Shown here: positions 27,725-37,055 of the stretch, piece by piece
Layout: each line of letters opens with the position of its first letter
Position numbering within the stretch: position 1 is the first letter of the stretch
From: an archaeon
Lineage (GTDB): Archaea > SpSt-1190 > DYHY01
Length of the DNA: 64,000 nucleotides
NCBI GenBank assembly: GCA_037442745.1
Contig: JBBIPP010000003.1
Coordinates: 1-64,000, forward strand
Direction: 5' to 3'
The notes under the pieces: model-generated
Told to the model about the DNA's origin: nothing
The model's input: only the letters and a program-made list of their open reading frames with translations
Databases searched by the model: none
Made by a program: the position numbers and the translations under genes

Positions 27725-28111
27725 TTAGTAGACGAAAGCAATGAGCTTTCCTCCGAAATGCTTCTTCTTCGCCTCAATGTGTGTCATTACTCCGGCGGAA
27801 GTCGTGACCAATAGGAGGCCGAAACCCTGTGCTGGAAGGTATCTCTTCTCCCATTTCTCGAGTTCGGACGCCTTGACGGGCATCCGGGGGCTTATTGCCC
27901 CGCAGTTGTTTATTGTGTGGGAGAGCTTTATTTTGTAGACTTTTCCACGTCCGTCGTCAATTGTCTCGAACTCTCCTACATATCCCTTCTCCTGCATTAG
28001 TTTCAGGACATGGGTTGATATCCCGGAGGTCTGCCTGACGAATATCTCAGTCTTTCCGACCTTCGCCGCGTTCTTCACCGACGAAAGCATGTTTGCGAGC
28101 GTTTTTGTCAT
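27725..28111 (-). CDS. rps8: Ribosomal protein uS8
   Basis: INNCGAISPR, YLPAQGFG, TTSAGVMTH. Confidence 0.97.
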   Translation of the reverse strand: MTKTLANMLSSVKNAAKVGKTEIFVRQTSGISTHVLKLMQEKGYVGEFETIDDGRGKVYKIKLSHTINNCGAISPRMPVKASELEKWEKRYLPAQGFGLLLVTTSAGVMTHIEAKKKHFGGKLIAFVY

Positions 28112-28128
28112 TTTGTTGTTTCATTCTC

Positions 28129-28290
28129 CTATTCGTATTGCTTGAACCCGAGGTCTTTTGCCACTTCCCTGAAGCACTGCCGGCAGACGTTCAGGCCGTA
28201 TTTTCTTATTATTGCCCCATGCTCATTGCAGGTCCTGCAGGTTCTCGATCCTTTCCCGAATTTCCTGACGACTTTTTGGTTCTTGACCAT
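28129..28290 (-). CDS. rps14: Ribosomal protein uS14 (zinc-binding, 53 aa; below the ORF-track cutoff)
   Basis: Manual translation [53 protein letters not shown]. Confidence 0.96.
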   Translation of the reverse strand: MVKNQKVVRKFGKGSRTCRTCNEHGAIIRKYGLNVCRQCFREVAKDLGFKQYE

Positions 28291-28292
28291 TT

Positions 28293-28850
28293 TCACTCGT
28301 TCTCCCTCTTGCGTATTGCTTCTTCTTCCTCTTCTCGTATCTTGACGGAGAATTCCTTCTTAATGAAGGCAATTGTCTCCTCTTTTCCTATCCTGTGGCT
28401 CTTTCCGACCTTGGTCGGTTTGAGGCGCCTCATCTTGACCCTGTAGCCGGGCCTCTTCATTGTGACGCAGACATCCATCCCTATTATCCCGAGAGTTGGG
28501 TCGTACTTTACGTCGGGAAGATCTATATGTTCCTTCACTCCGAACGAAAAGTTGCCCATTGTGTCAAAGTTCCTCTCTGAGAGGATGTGTTCGACCGCGT
28601 GGAGAGCCCTTTTCAGGAAAGTTTCCGCGTCCTTCCCCCTTAGGGTGAGCTTGCACCCAATTACTGTCAATGGTCTTACCCCGAAATCAGGGATTCTCTT
28701 GGATGTCGAGGTCTTGACGGGGGATTTGCCAATTATTTTCTTTAGGACATTTATCGCGTTCTCGAGCTTTGATCCCCCCTCTCCCGCTCCGACGTTCAGT
28801 GTTATTTTGTCAATCTTTATTTTCCTCATCGGATTGTCGTTTTTCGGCAT
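28293..28850 (-). CDS. rpl5: Ribosomal protein uL5
   Basis: [29 protein letters not shown]. Confidence 0.97.
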   Translation of the reverse strand: MPKNDNPMRKIKIDKITLNVGAGEGGSKLENAINVLKKIIGKSPVKTSTSKRIPDFGVRPLTVIGCKLTLRGKDAETFLKRALHAVEHILSERNFDTMGNFSFGVKEHIDLPDVKYDPTLGIIGMDVCVTMKRPGYRVKMRRLKPTKVGKSHRIGKEETIAFIKKEFSVKIREEEEEAIRKRENE

Positions 28851-29588
28851 TTAGTTGCTTGCCTCCTTTGCGGTTTCTGGAACAGATATCTCGGTCTTTC
28901 CATTTTCACCTATTGCTATTACATATTCCCGCAGGGTTTCAAGAGTCTTCTTTCCTGACTCCAGTAGAACCGTTCTCGGGGAATATGCACTCCCCGTCTT
29001 CACTTGGGAGATTTCAAGAACGTTTCCGCTGTGTACTCCCGCAAAAACTAGGGCGCTCGCCCCCTTGTCCAAAGCTATTATTTTGTCTATTTTCTTCGTT
29101 GCAAGGTCGAAGACTGCCGAGGTTCCGGTCATTATTTTCGCGCCTTCCTCCTTTGAAAAGAGGGCGTTTCTCCCGTCATGGAAGGTGACCTGGATTTTCC
29201 CTCCGGAAACTGTTGTCTTCCGTATTACTTTCAGTATTTTTGTTTTGCCCTCTTTCTCCGGGATTTCTGGGAAAATAAGACCCTTCTTCGATGGGAATGC
29301 CCGATAGGTCTTCCCTATTGTCTTGACTGACACAACATCCATCAGCCCAATTCCTTGCTTAGTGTCAGAGGCCTTTTCGCCGTCAACAAGAACTGCTCCT
29401 GATTTCAGTATTGATTCGGCTTCCCTGGCTGTCCGCGCGAGCTTTAGGACATCTCGGATTACTACAATGAGAGGGACTGCGGCTTCCGCCTTGTGCTTTC
29501 CCGGCCTTGGCGAAGCCACCCAGTAGAATTCCTTCTTCCCTGTCTTCCATGACAGGGGCGCTGTTATTCTTTTCATGTGTTGTGCCAT
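28851..29588 (-). CDS. rps4e: Ribosomal protein eS4
   Basis: HMKRITAP.SW, PGKH, GLMDVV, HDGRN. Confidence 0.96.
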   Translation of the reverse strand: MAQHMKRITAPLSWKTGKKEFYWVASPRPGKHKAEAAVPLIVVIRDVLKLARTAREAESILKSGAVLVDGEKASDTKQGIGLMDVVSVKTIGKTYRAFPSKKGLIFPEIPEKEGKTKILKVIRKTTVSGGKIQVTFHDGRNALFSKEEGAKIMTGTSAVFDLATKKIDKIIALDKGASALVFAGVHSGNVLEISQVKTGSAYSPRTVLLESGKKTLETLREYVIAIGENGKTEISVPETAKEASN

Positions 29589-29594
29589 TTCTTA

Positions 29595-30008
29595 TCATAC
29601 GCCCTCCTTCTTCAGCTCTTCCTTGACCTCGGTCTTGGCCTCGGCCTTTTGTCCGGAAAACCTTCTCTTGTCTCCGGTAGCAAGCTCTATTATTATCAAA
29701 TTTGACGCCTTGAAGGGCTTTTGCACTTTTGCCCCGTTCGCCTTGCTCGTCGCAAGGCCTTCAATGAATATCCGAGCGTCCTTTAGCTCAATTCTGTCTA
29801 TCTTCCCAATTGACCCTTTGTCATCTCCGCGCATTACCTTCACCTTGTCCCCTTTTCTCAAGGGAACCGCGCGCCTTCCGATTTTTCCAGAAAGCTCTTC
29901 TGAGAGGTGGGCTGACACCCCTTTTTGCTTCACGTGGAGGCTTGCGTTATAGAGGTTCTTTCTCTGCTTCCTTCTAAGGGAAGATGTTTTCCTGATTGTT
30001 TTAGCCAT
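29595..30008 (-). CDS. rpl24: Ribosomal protein uL24
   Basis: RKQRK..YNA, RKGDKVKVMRG. Confidence 0.96.
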   Translation of the reverse strand: MAKTIRKTSSLRRKQRKNLYNASLHVKQKGVSAHLSEELSGKIGRRAVPLRKGDKVKVMRGDDKGSIGKIDRIELKDARIFIEGLATSKANGAKVQKPFKASNLIIIELATGDKRRFSGQKAEAKTEVKEELKKEGV

Positions 30009-30025
30009 TTTTCAGATTTCTCTCC

Positions 30026-30454
30026 TTAGACAACTATTTTTGCCACTTTTGCGAGTTTGTTCCATCGCTCGATAGCCTCTTTCGCAATTGCTGCCTTGAC
30101 TTCCGACCCCTTGGGCCCTCCTTCGTCATCGACAACAACACAGGTGTTCTCCTCGAACTTTATCCTGGTTCCGTCCGGCCTTCTGAACTCCTTTTTCATC
30201 GAAGTTATCACGGCTTTGACGAGCTTTTTTCTGTATTCGGGGGTCCCGGTCTTTACCGCAACGAACACCATATCCCCTATTGTTGCTCTCGGCTGCCTTC
30301 CGCGGGTCCCCTTATATCCCTTGATTGCCGCGATTTCGCAGATTTTGGCGCCTGAATTATCAATGCATTTAATCCTGCTTCCAGTGTTTAGCCCCCTGAC
30401 AGTCCTTATTGTAAGGGGCCGTTTTCCCGAAACCTTTATTCTTCGCTGTCCCAT
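30026..30454 (-). CDS. rpl14: Ribosomal protein uL14
   Basis: DNSGAK, GDMV, FRRPDG.RIKFEEN. Confidence 0.97.
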   Translation of the reverse strand: MGQRRIKVSGKRPLTIRTVRGLNTGSRIKCIDNSGAKICEIAAIKGYKGTRGRQPRATIGDMVFVAVKTGTPEYRKKLVKAVITSMKKEFRRPDGTRIKFEENTCVVVDDEGGPKGSEVKAAIAKEAIERWNKLAKVAKIVV

Positions 30455-30727
30455 TTATTCTGTCGAACTCTCCTTTTCGCCTGCTTTCCTGATTAGTTTC
30501 GTTATAATGAAGTTGACTGTTTTTGAGAGCTTCCTTGTCTCCTCAATCCTGACATAGTCGCCTTCCTTTGCTGAAATTGCTTCGGGGTTTTTCGCCTTTA
30601 CCCGGCTTGTCAGGCGGTAGAATCTGTTGAATTTCCCTGATTTCACGACCCTCGGCCATTCGACAATTGCAGTCCCCTGCATTCTTGCGGACACTATTGT
30701 GCCTTCGAAGAATTTCCCTCGGGTCAT
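30455..30727 (-). CDS. rps17: Ribosomal protein uS17 (short, 90 aa)
   Basis: RGKFFEGTIVS.RM, ETRKLSKT; ATG overlaps the rnp1 stop (TAATG). Confidence 0.93.
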   Translation of the reverse strand: MTRGKFFEGTIVSARMQGTAIVEWPRVVKSGKFNRFYRLTSRVKAKNPEAISAKEGDYVRIEETRKLSKTVNFIITKLIRKAGEKESSTE

Positions 30728-31176
30728 TATTTTCTGGGAGCTTTCGCTCTTAGAAGTTTGAGCAGTCTTTTTGTTCTTTCTTCCGGTTTCGCGTGGATTG
30801 TCCATCCTTGTATATCGACCTTTTTGACCTGTTTTCGGCGTTGTCCGCATACAGATTCGCAATTGTCCGGAAGCGTGAACCGGAAAGTCGTCCCTACCTT
30901 CTGGACGGATACAGTCTTTCCCGTGCGCGTGTTCTTCTTCTTCTTTTTCTTCTTTTTCTTCGGATTGCTTCCCTGTTCGGACAAGCCCTCTTTTTTGACA
31001 ACTAAAAGGTTCTCGGTCTCGTCGATTACCTTCCCGGAGATTCCCCTCTGGGTCGGATCGCTCGAGAATACAACTTCTACTTTCAGGCCTATTAGCTCGT
31101 GGCCTGCGAGGTTTTTCTCCGATATTGGCGCGTTTTCTCGCGCTTTTCTCGTTAGGGCCGAATCTGGCACAATCAT
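30727..31176 (-). CDS. rnp1: RNase P protein Rpp29/POP4
   Basis: HELIGL.V.V, G.VIDET.N, KPEER; poly-Lys insertion. Confidence 0.92.
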   Translation of the reverse strand: MIVPDSALTRKARENAPISEKNLAGHELIGLKVEVVFSSDPTQRGISGKVIDETENLLVVKKEGLSEQGSNPKKKKKKKKKNTRTGKTVSVQKVGTTFRFTLPDNCESVCGQRRKQVKKVDIQGWTIHAKPEERTKRLLKLLRAKAPRK

Positions 31177-31211
31177 CTGCTGGAAGCTTGTGGAATTCCA
31201 GAAGACCCTTT

Positions 31212-32882
31212 TTAAGCTTTTCTTGAAACTGAAAAAGCCCCTTTTCCGGAAACAATTGCGTTAGTTTTGAACAAGTCAGTCCTTGGGGGGCTGTATTCAG
31301 TCTCCTTTCCGGTTCTTCTGTCAACTCGGATTGTTGTTATTCCGCAGGTGGCGCAGCACGAGTTCGAGGCAGAAAAGCCATTCTTTGATATCTGCATTGT
31401 TGTCCAGGAATACTCGAAAATCCCGGTTTCTTCGTCAAGATTGGAAGAGCAAAGGAAGGGAATTTCTATTGTTTCCCGTCCGGCAACTGACTGGGCTTGG
31501 AGATCGCTCCCGGAGACTTTGGATGAATTTATCCCAATTATTGCGAGCGCTGTCGGAACAATGTCTGCCGATGTCCCGAGAACTGGGGTCCTTCCTCCGC
31601 TTGCCCTTGGAACATATATGATTAGGGGAATGTTTGAAGCGCTTGCTGAGGGGATCCAGAATCCGAATGGGGAATATGTTGGAAGAGCGGTTTCAATTCC
31701 TGACTCGCTGTCTTTCAGGTGTAAAGGCTTTCCTGTAAATGGGAGGGGGTATGTTGAGGTAATCACAATTACTGTCTTTCCGAGTAGCCCCTTTTTTTTG
31801 AGAGCTGAGAGTATTTCTGAAATGGATGAATCGAGCAGGTCAAGACCTCTTTTCCTCTCTGAGAAAAGGTCGCCTATTTTCGCATCTTCTCCTTTCAATT
31901 CCGATAAGCGGGCTCCGTTGCCCAGAGGGATTTCCCTATATGCTTTGCCGGATTCCGAATCAACCCTTATTGCCCCGGCTCCGAAAGGATATTTCCTGAG
32001 GGAATATTTCTGCCAGGCAAGCGCGGATTCGCTTGATCTTGCGAAATAGGCGAACTTTTTGTCGTTGGGAATCTTTTCAATTGATTCCGCCAGATTGGAC
32101 AATGCATTTCCTTCAAAGTGCACCTTTTCTACCCTTTCAAGGCTGAAGGGGAGCCCGTAAGCCTCTTCGAGGGTATTTGCTGGATAGTCCGAAAAATATT
32201 CTGAAGAATATCCAAGTTCAGCAGTCTCGGATATTATGAGCATTCTTGAGAGTGAATAGTTGGCTGGTTTGAGCGTTTCGTCCCCGTAAAACGGTGAGAG
32301 AAAAAAACCCCTTTCAGGATCCGGAAGGCTTCCGGATGCAATTGCCTCCTCTTCCGAGAATGCGCCCCCGTATACTGGCGAATATATTTCCTCGAAAATT
32401 AGGGAGTTCGGCTCAAGGGGTCTAAGAGAGCGCAACTTTCCAGTCTCGGAGTTGAATCTGTATTGGGCAACCTCCCCTATTGAGAGGCCGTCTATTGCGA
32501 TTACTATCAGGTTGCAGCCAGGGCAGAGCGCCCGCGGAATGGCTTCTCCGGGAACTGTTCGCCCATCGCTAGATCCTGTGAGGAACCAGACAATGGCAGT
32601 CAGGATTATTGCGGAGACAAGTATTGTTATTGCCGGAAGAATCTTCGGATTCTTCCTAATCTCTGAGATTACTTCCGAGAGCATGTCGAACCCGAGAAGA
32701 ATGATTAAAACAACTCCGACGGCAATGAAAGTGCCTTCAGAAAGCCTTAGGAACTTTTCTTTCGCGCTTAATGCGAAATAGTTGTCGGATCCAAGCCCCC
32801 AGTTAGCGCCTGCGAACGCGAGAAATATTAGGGAGAGCAGGAGGCCTGTCAGCATTCCCTTCAGTTCGGGCATTTTTTGCAC
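31212..32882 (-). CDS. Membrane-anchored sulfatase-like (alkaline phosphatase superfamily) protein, catalytically degenerate
   Basis: 3 N-terminal TMs; CPGCNLIVIAID, GLLGKTVIVITS, IPLIIYVP, DIVPTAL; lacks CxPxR and DHG. Confidence 0.7.
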   Translation of the reverse strand: MQKMPELKGMLTGLLLSLIFLAFAGANWGLGSDNYFALSAKEKFLRLSEGTFIAVGVVLIILLGFDMLSEVISEIRKNPKILPAITILVSAIILTAIVWFLTGSSDGRTVPGEAIPRALCPGCNLIVIAIDGLSIGEVAQYRFNSETGKLRSLRPLEPNSLIFEEIYSPVYGGAFSEEEAIASGSLPDPERGFFLSPFYGDETLKPANYSLSRMLIISETAELGYSSEYFSDYPANTLEEAYGLPFSLERVEKVHFEGNALSNLAESIEKIPNDKKFAYFARSSESALAWQKYSLRKYPFGAGAIRVDSESGKAYREIPLGNGARLSELKGEDAKIGDLFSERKRGLDLLDSSISEILSALKKKGLLGKTVIVITSTYPLPFTGKPLHLKDSESGIETALPTYSPFGFWIPSASASNIPLIIYVPRASGGRTPVLGTSADIVPTALAIIGINSSKVSGSDLQAQSVAGRETIEIPFLCSSNLDEETGIFEYSWTTMQISKNGFSASNSCCATCGITTIRVDRRTGKETEYSPPRTDLFKTNAIVSGKGAFSVSRKA

Positions 32883-32921
32883 CTTTTTTTTCCGGGCAGT
32901 CGCGAGACATTTTCCGGGATG

Positions 32922-33233
32922 TTATTTTATCTCAACTGATTCTTCCGGGAATCCGGCCGATACGAGAGCGGAAAGTATCCTTTTCCGATGGTCTCCTTGG
33001 AGCTCGACAACTCCCGAGCGGTCAGTCCCCCCGCAGGCGAGCTTTTCCTTCAGCTTCTTTGTTACATCTCCGATATTGACGTCGCGGGGATTCAGGCCCT
33101 CTACAAGAGTGACGTTCTTCTTGAACCGCCTCTGCTCGAGCCTCACAATTATTTTCTGGGCTTCCCTAGAAATGCTCTCGCAAACGCAGAAATCCTTTGG
33201 CAATCCGCATTTTTTGCAGACATCCGTTCCTAT
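32922..33233 (-). CDS. Translation initiation factor aIF1/SUI1, probable AUA start
   Basis: CKKCGLPKDFCVCE, LKEKLACGGT, ELQGDHR; the conserved CxxC lies upstream of the only TTG. Confidence 0.93.
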   Translation of the reverse strand: MGTDVCKKCGLPKDFCVCESISREAQKIIVRLEQRRFKKNVTLVEGLNPRDVNIGDVTKKLKEKLACGGTDRSGVVELQGDHRKRILSALVSAGFPEESVEIK

Positions 33234-33490
33234 TTCTTTTTCACGCTCGCTTGGGTTTTGGGGGCTCTTGCCTTTTTACCTTTGCCTTTTTTGCCGTTGG
33301 TTTTGGCGTTTTGGATTGTCAAAAGCTGGGCAACTGTCCTCCTCAGGTTCTTGATTGTGGAGGGTTTTGTCGGGGCGCCTCCGGTAGCGCGCTTTGACTG
33401 CTCCCGCGAAAGCTGGGAGCGCGTCTCCTTGAGCCGTTTTTCTATTTCCTGCCCGTTTCCGGCAAGCTTTGAGAGTTCGTTTGATTTCAT
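33230..33490 (-). CDS. rpl29: Ribosomal protein uL29
   Basis: GGAP..PSTIKNLRRTVAQLLT; position after uS3. Confidence 0.92.
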   Translation of the reverse strand: MKSNELSKLAGNGQEIEKRLKETRSQLSREQSKRATGGAPTKPSTIKNLRRTVAQLLTIQNAKTNGKKGKGKKARAPKTQASVKKK

Positions 33491-33493
33491 TCC

Positions 33494-34171
33494 TTATTCA
33501 ACCTCCAGTTTTGTGTCAACTTTGGCTTCTGCCTTGACCTCGGTCTTGATTTCGGCCTTTGGCTTGGGCGATGGAGTCTTGGCAGTAATTAGTATTTCGT
33601 CCGGGAACGCGACATTCGGGGGCATTATCCTTACCCTCACTCCGACAACTCCCGGTTTCAATTGGGCGTCGTAATAGCCGACCAACACGTCGTCTTTGAC
33701 GACCTGCCCGCAGTGCCGGATGTATCCTTTCTTGAATATCCAATCCTTTGCCCTGGAAGAGGGGACTTTTCCGGAAATCCTGACTTCTGCGCCTCTTGCC
33801 CCGGATTCCATTATCCTGTCAAGAACCCTGTGGGCGACTTTCTTGAAATAATATCCGCGTTCAAGGAGGTTTCCTATTTTCGCCGCTTGGAGCTGGGCGT
33901 CAATGTCCGGCTGTTCTATCTGCTTGACTTCGACCTGCGGATTGTCTATCTTATAGTTGTTCTTGAAAGCGTCTGTGAGATCCTTTATTGCCTCTCCGCC
34001 TCTCCCGATTACGAGCCCGGGCCTTGTTGCGTAGATTATTACGCGGGTTCCCATTGGCGTCCGCTTTATCTCGGCATGTGAGTATCCAGCCCGCCTGAGC
34101 TTTTCGTTGAGATATTTCTTGACTTCTAGCTCCTTTGCCTTTTCCGTTATGAAAAATCTTTCAACTGTCAT
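33494..34171 (-). CDS. rps3: Ribosomal protein uS3
   Basis: RPGLVIGRGG KH domain, GARGAEV.ISGK, GVVGVRVRI. Confidence 0.97.
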   Translation of the reverse strand: MTVERFFITEKAKELEVKKYLNEKLRRAGYSHAEIKRTPMGTRVIIYATRPGLVIGRGGEAIKDLTDAFKNNYKIDNPQVEVKQIEQPDIDAQLQAAKIGNLLERGYYFKKVAHRVLDRIMESGARGAEVRISGKVPSSRAKDWIFKKGYIRHCGQVVKDDVLVGYYDAQLKPGVVGVRVRIMPPNVAFPDEILITAKTPSPKPKAEIKTEVKAEAKVDTKLEVE

Positions 34172-34195
34172 TTTTTCTCTTTCCTCGCTCTTTTA

Positions 34196-34654
34196 TCAGG
34201 ATTTTTTCTCCTCTAAGACCAATTGGATGTTCGCCCTTCTCGACCTTTGGGAAGGCCCCTTTGAGAACACTCTCGCGTTCCCGGGCCTCTTGTGAAACGA
34301 CCTGTTCGCAACTGCGGACGCGACATAGAGCTTTTGGGTATCCATTCCCTTGGCTTTCGCGTTCGCCTGCGCGTTCTTCAGCAGGAGAAGGAACTCTTTT
34401 GCGGCGTTGACCGGATACCTTCCGGGGCCAATCCCGGGCTTGTGGCCGAGTTCTGTGTTGTGCCTCGTGAACTTGACTGGAGTCTCCTTTGCAATCACCC
34501 CTTCGAGGATCGCCTGCGCCCTTTTGGCAGTCAGCCCTTTCAGGTTGTGCGCAAGCTCCCTTGCCTCTTTGGGCGAGAGGTGCGTTGCGTCGGCCTTTGC
34601 CGCTGCGAACTTTGTCTTCTGCGACTTTGGATTGTATGCGTAGTTTCCTGCCAT
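34196..34654 (-). CDS. rpl22: Ribosomal protein uL22
   Basis: SPK, GRYPV.AA, NA.ANA..KG. Confidence 0.95.
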   Translation of the reverse strand: MAGNYAYNPKSQKTKFAAAKADATHLSPKEARELAHNLKGLTAKRAQAILEGVIAKETPVKFTRHNTELGHKPGIGPGRYPVNAAKEFLLLLKNAQANAKAKGMDTQKLYVASAVANRSFHKRPGNARVFSKGPSQRSRRANIQLVLEEKKS

Positions 34655-34680
34655 TTTTTCTTATTCTCCCCTTGTTTTCC

Positions 34681-35079
34681 CTATTTGAGCGGAATGAACA
34701 TGCTGCTTTTTGTCGCCCCTATTCCCGGAGCTCCGTGGCTGACCCGCTTCCTTGTCGAAACGAACTCTCCTAGCCTGTGGCCAAGCTGTTCTGGCTGTAT
34801 TTCGAATGTCACAAACTCCTTTCCGGAATATACCGCAATCAACGCTCCGACCATTTGGGGCGTTATTATAATGTCCCTGCAGTGGGTCCGTATCGGCTTT
34901 TTGTTCGAGCCAGTCTTTGCGGCTTCCAGGACCTCGAAAACGAACTTCTTCTCAGTCGGCGAGAACCCCCGGAGAAGCCTTCTCCGTGCGTTTGCGGGAA
35001 CTAGTTTTGAGAACTCTTGGAGCGTGAGCTTTTGCAGTTCCTCTAGAGTTTTTCCTCGGTATTTGAATATTCTTGCCAT
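34681..35079 (-). CDS. rps19: Ribosomal protein uS19
   Basis: YRGKTLEEL, IRTHCRD, GHRLGEF, GIGATKSS. Confidence 0.97.
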   Translation of the reverse strand: MARIFKYRGKTLEELQKLTLQEFSKLVPANARRRLLRGFSPTEKKFVFEVLEAAKTGSNKKPIRTHCRDIIITPQMVGALIAVYSGKEFVTFEIQPEQLGHRLGEFVSTRKRVSHGAPGIGATKSSMFIPLK

Positions 35080-35085
35080 TCTTTA

Positions 35086-35901
35086 TTATGCGCTCTCCTT
35101 GTTCGTGTTCTTTCTGGACTCGGACTGCTGGGACTGGCCGGAGGCTACTTCCTTCGAGCCCCCACCTACCTGCGCCCGGAGTTTCTTCTTCGAGCCACCG
35201 CGACCCATTGACCTTGCGGCAATGCTCCCCACTTTCCTTCCTGGCGGGGCATTGTGGGTAACAGTCTGGGATTTGCCAAGATGCTGGTGCCCTCCCCCTC
35301 CGAACGGATGGTCGACCGGGTTCCTTGCGGACGCAGATGAGCGCGGCCATCTGAGGTTCCGTGCGTGCATCTTATAGTGCATTTTGCCCGCTTTTGCGAA
35401 AGGCTTGAGCGTCCTTCCTCCGCCCGACGCGACTCCGATCGTTGCCCTTGAAAATGGCGAGAAGGATTTGGTCTCGCCCGAGGGAAGCCTGACATTCACT
35501 CCCTTTGAATCCTTTGAGACAATGTATCCGTAGCTCCCGGACGAATGGAGGACTTTTCCTCCGTCACCTGGCCGAAGCTCAATGTTGAAGAGGGGCGTTC
35601 CGTCGGAAATCCTTCCCAGAGGGAGGACGTTTCCCGCCTTTATTTCGGACGCTTCCCCTATTGTTATCGAGCTTCCGACAAGGAGGCCGTCGCTTGCCGG
35701 GAGAAAGTGTTTCTTCCCTGAGAAATCAACGACTGCGAGCGGAATGTTGTGCCCGATGGAATGTATGAGATCCTCGACTTTTCCGATGAGGGTCTCCTCG
35801 CTGATGTCGGGATATGATATTTTCCCGGCATATCTGTGAGAAGGCGCCCGAAATGTCGGAAGGTTCTTTCCTCTTCTTTGTTGCGGTAGTCTTTTTCCCA
35901 T
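35086..35901 (-). CDS. rpl2: Ribosomal protein uL2
   Basis: MGKR..QRRG, PGDGGK, DHPFGGG. Confidence 0.97.
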   Translation of the reverse strand: MGKRLPQQRRGKNLPTFRAPSHRYAGKISYPDISEETLIGKVEDLIHSIGHNIPLAVVDFSGKKHFLPASDGLLVGSSITIGEASEIKAGNVLPLGRISDGTPLFNIELRPGDGGKVLHSSGSYGYIVSKDSKGVNVRLPSGETKSFSPFSRATIGVASGGGRTLKPFAKAGKMHYKMHARNLRWPRSSASARNPVDHPFGGGGHQHLGKSQTVTHNAPPGRKVGSIAARSMGRGGSKKKLRAQVGGGSKEVASGQSQQSESRKNTNKESA

Positions 35902-35904
35902 TTT

Positions 35905-36246
35905 TTATAGCATCCCCAGTTTAGAAGCGAGATCTGTCGCGGAATAGTCGGCAGTCAGCCTGACAAACGCCTTCTTTTTCCCTGCGGAAAACGAGTTGTT
36001 CGTCCTTACTGACGCGACTTTTACGCTGTAGAGAGATTCCACAGCAATCTTTATTGTGCGCTTTGTCGCATTTCTTGCGACAACGAAAGTCATAACGTTG
36101 TCTGCAGAGCCCCTGACTGATTTTTCGGTCGAGCTCGGATAGAGAATCACCGTTTCAGGAACGAAATTTTCCGGGAGTTTCTTCCCGGTCGCCTGCTGCC
36201 TTTTCGCTGGGGGCTTTTCCTTTGTTTCGGTATTAGCGTTTTCCAT
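35905..36246 (-). CDS. rpl23: Ribosomal protein uL23
   Basis: TEK, A.K..IK.AVE.LY.VKV, KKAFVRL; start set at ATG 36246. Confidence 0.95.
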   Translation of the reverse strand: MENANTETKEKPPAKRQQATGKKLPENFVPETVILYPSSTEKSVRGSADNVMTFVVARNATKRTIKIAVESLYSVKVASVRTNNSFSAGKKKAFVRLTADYSATDLASKLGML

Positions 36247-37054
36247 TCGTATAGAGTCCTTCCTCCTTGAGTTTTTCGATTGCACCCTCGCTCCAGACAG
36301 TCACCCTTCCGGGCACGCCTCCGGGAGCGAGAAGCTCGGCCGAGAGCTTTTTGACTGAGGCAGAATCAATCCCGGGTATTCCAGTCGCGCCCTTGGGTTT
36401 TGAATCGGAATAGATGAAGAGGACGGATTTTTTCTTCTTGTAGGGCCTTCCCCTCATCTTTCCCTTGCCCGCCCTCCTTGTCTTCTCTTTCCCCCTCTCA
36501 AGCTCTTCTGCTAGACCGAGCTTTTCAAGGAGCGCTATGAAATCTTTGGTCTTTGATATTTTTTCCGAATCTGCTTCGACAATGAAAGGGAGGGCGGTCT
36601 TCTCAGAGAGCCTGTGTCCCCTTGCAATCACAGCACCAATGTCTGCTGTCGCGGTTATTGCAGACCTTATTGCGAGCCGTCTTTCCTTTATGTTAATGTC
36701 GTTTGAAAAATTCCTGTAAGGTATTGGCGCATGGGCTGCGCGTCCGCCTACTGACTGCGGGACTATTTTAGTCTGGCCCGCTCGCCTTCCGCCCTTCTTG
36801 ATTAGGAGCCTTGGGAGCCGGGCGCGGCCATAGCTGTACGAGTGTCCCCATCCTTTCCTTGTTCCTTTATATTTGGCGGATGTCCGCTGTCCAGATTCCG
36901 GGTCCGGTCCATATCCTTGCCTCCGGTTGTTCTGGGCTGCGATGACTGCCCGCTTTATGACATCGGGCCTCGCGCGTTCCGAGAACTGAACGGGAAGCTC
37001 TAAAGTTTTCTGAGTCTTTTCCCCTTTTGCCGAATAAACATGCACGTTTACCAT
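36233..37054 (-). CDS. rpl4: Ribosomal protein uL4
   Basis: RPDVIKRAV, VGGRAAHAP, LAPGG.PGR. Confidence 0.96.
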   Translation of the reverse strand: MVNVHVYSAKGEKTQKTLELPVQFSERARPDVIKRAVIAAQNNRRQGYGPDPESGQRTSAKYKGTRKGWGHSYSYGRARLPRLLIKKGGRRAGQTKIVPQSVGGRAAHAPIPYRNFSNDINIKERRLAIRSAITATADIGAVIARGHRLSEKTALPFIVEADSEKISKTKDFIALLEKLGLAEELERGKEKTRRAGKGKMRGRPYKKKKSVLFIYSDSKPKGATGIPGIDSASVKKLSAELLAPGGVPGRVTVWSEGAIEKLKEEGLYTNGKR

Positions 37055-37055
37055 T

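Noticed and set aside
30455-31324. 289-aa ORF as an extended uS17
   Set aside because: The extension is an alternate frame of rnp1; uS17 homology starts at the TAATG at 30727
20030-35377. Long + strand ORFs antisense to cbf5 and ribosomal genes (e.g. 20030-21034, 34292-35377)
   Set aside because: Shadow ORFs of well-supported minus-strand genes
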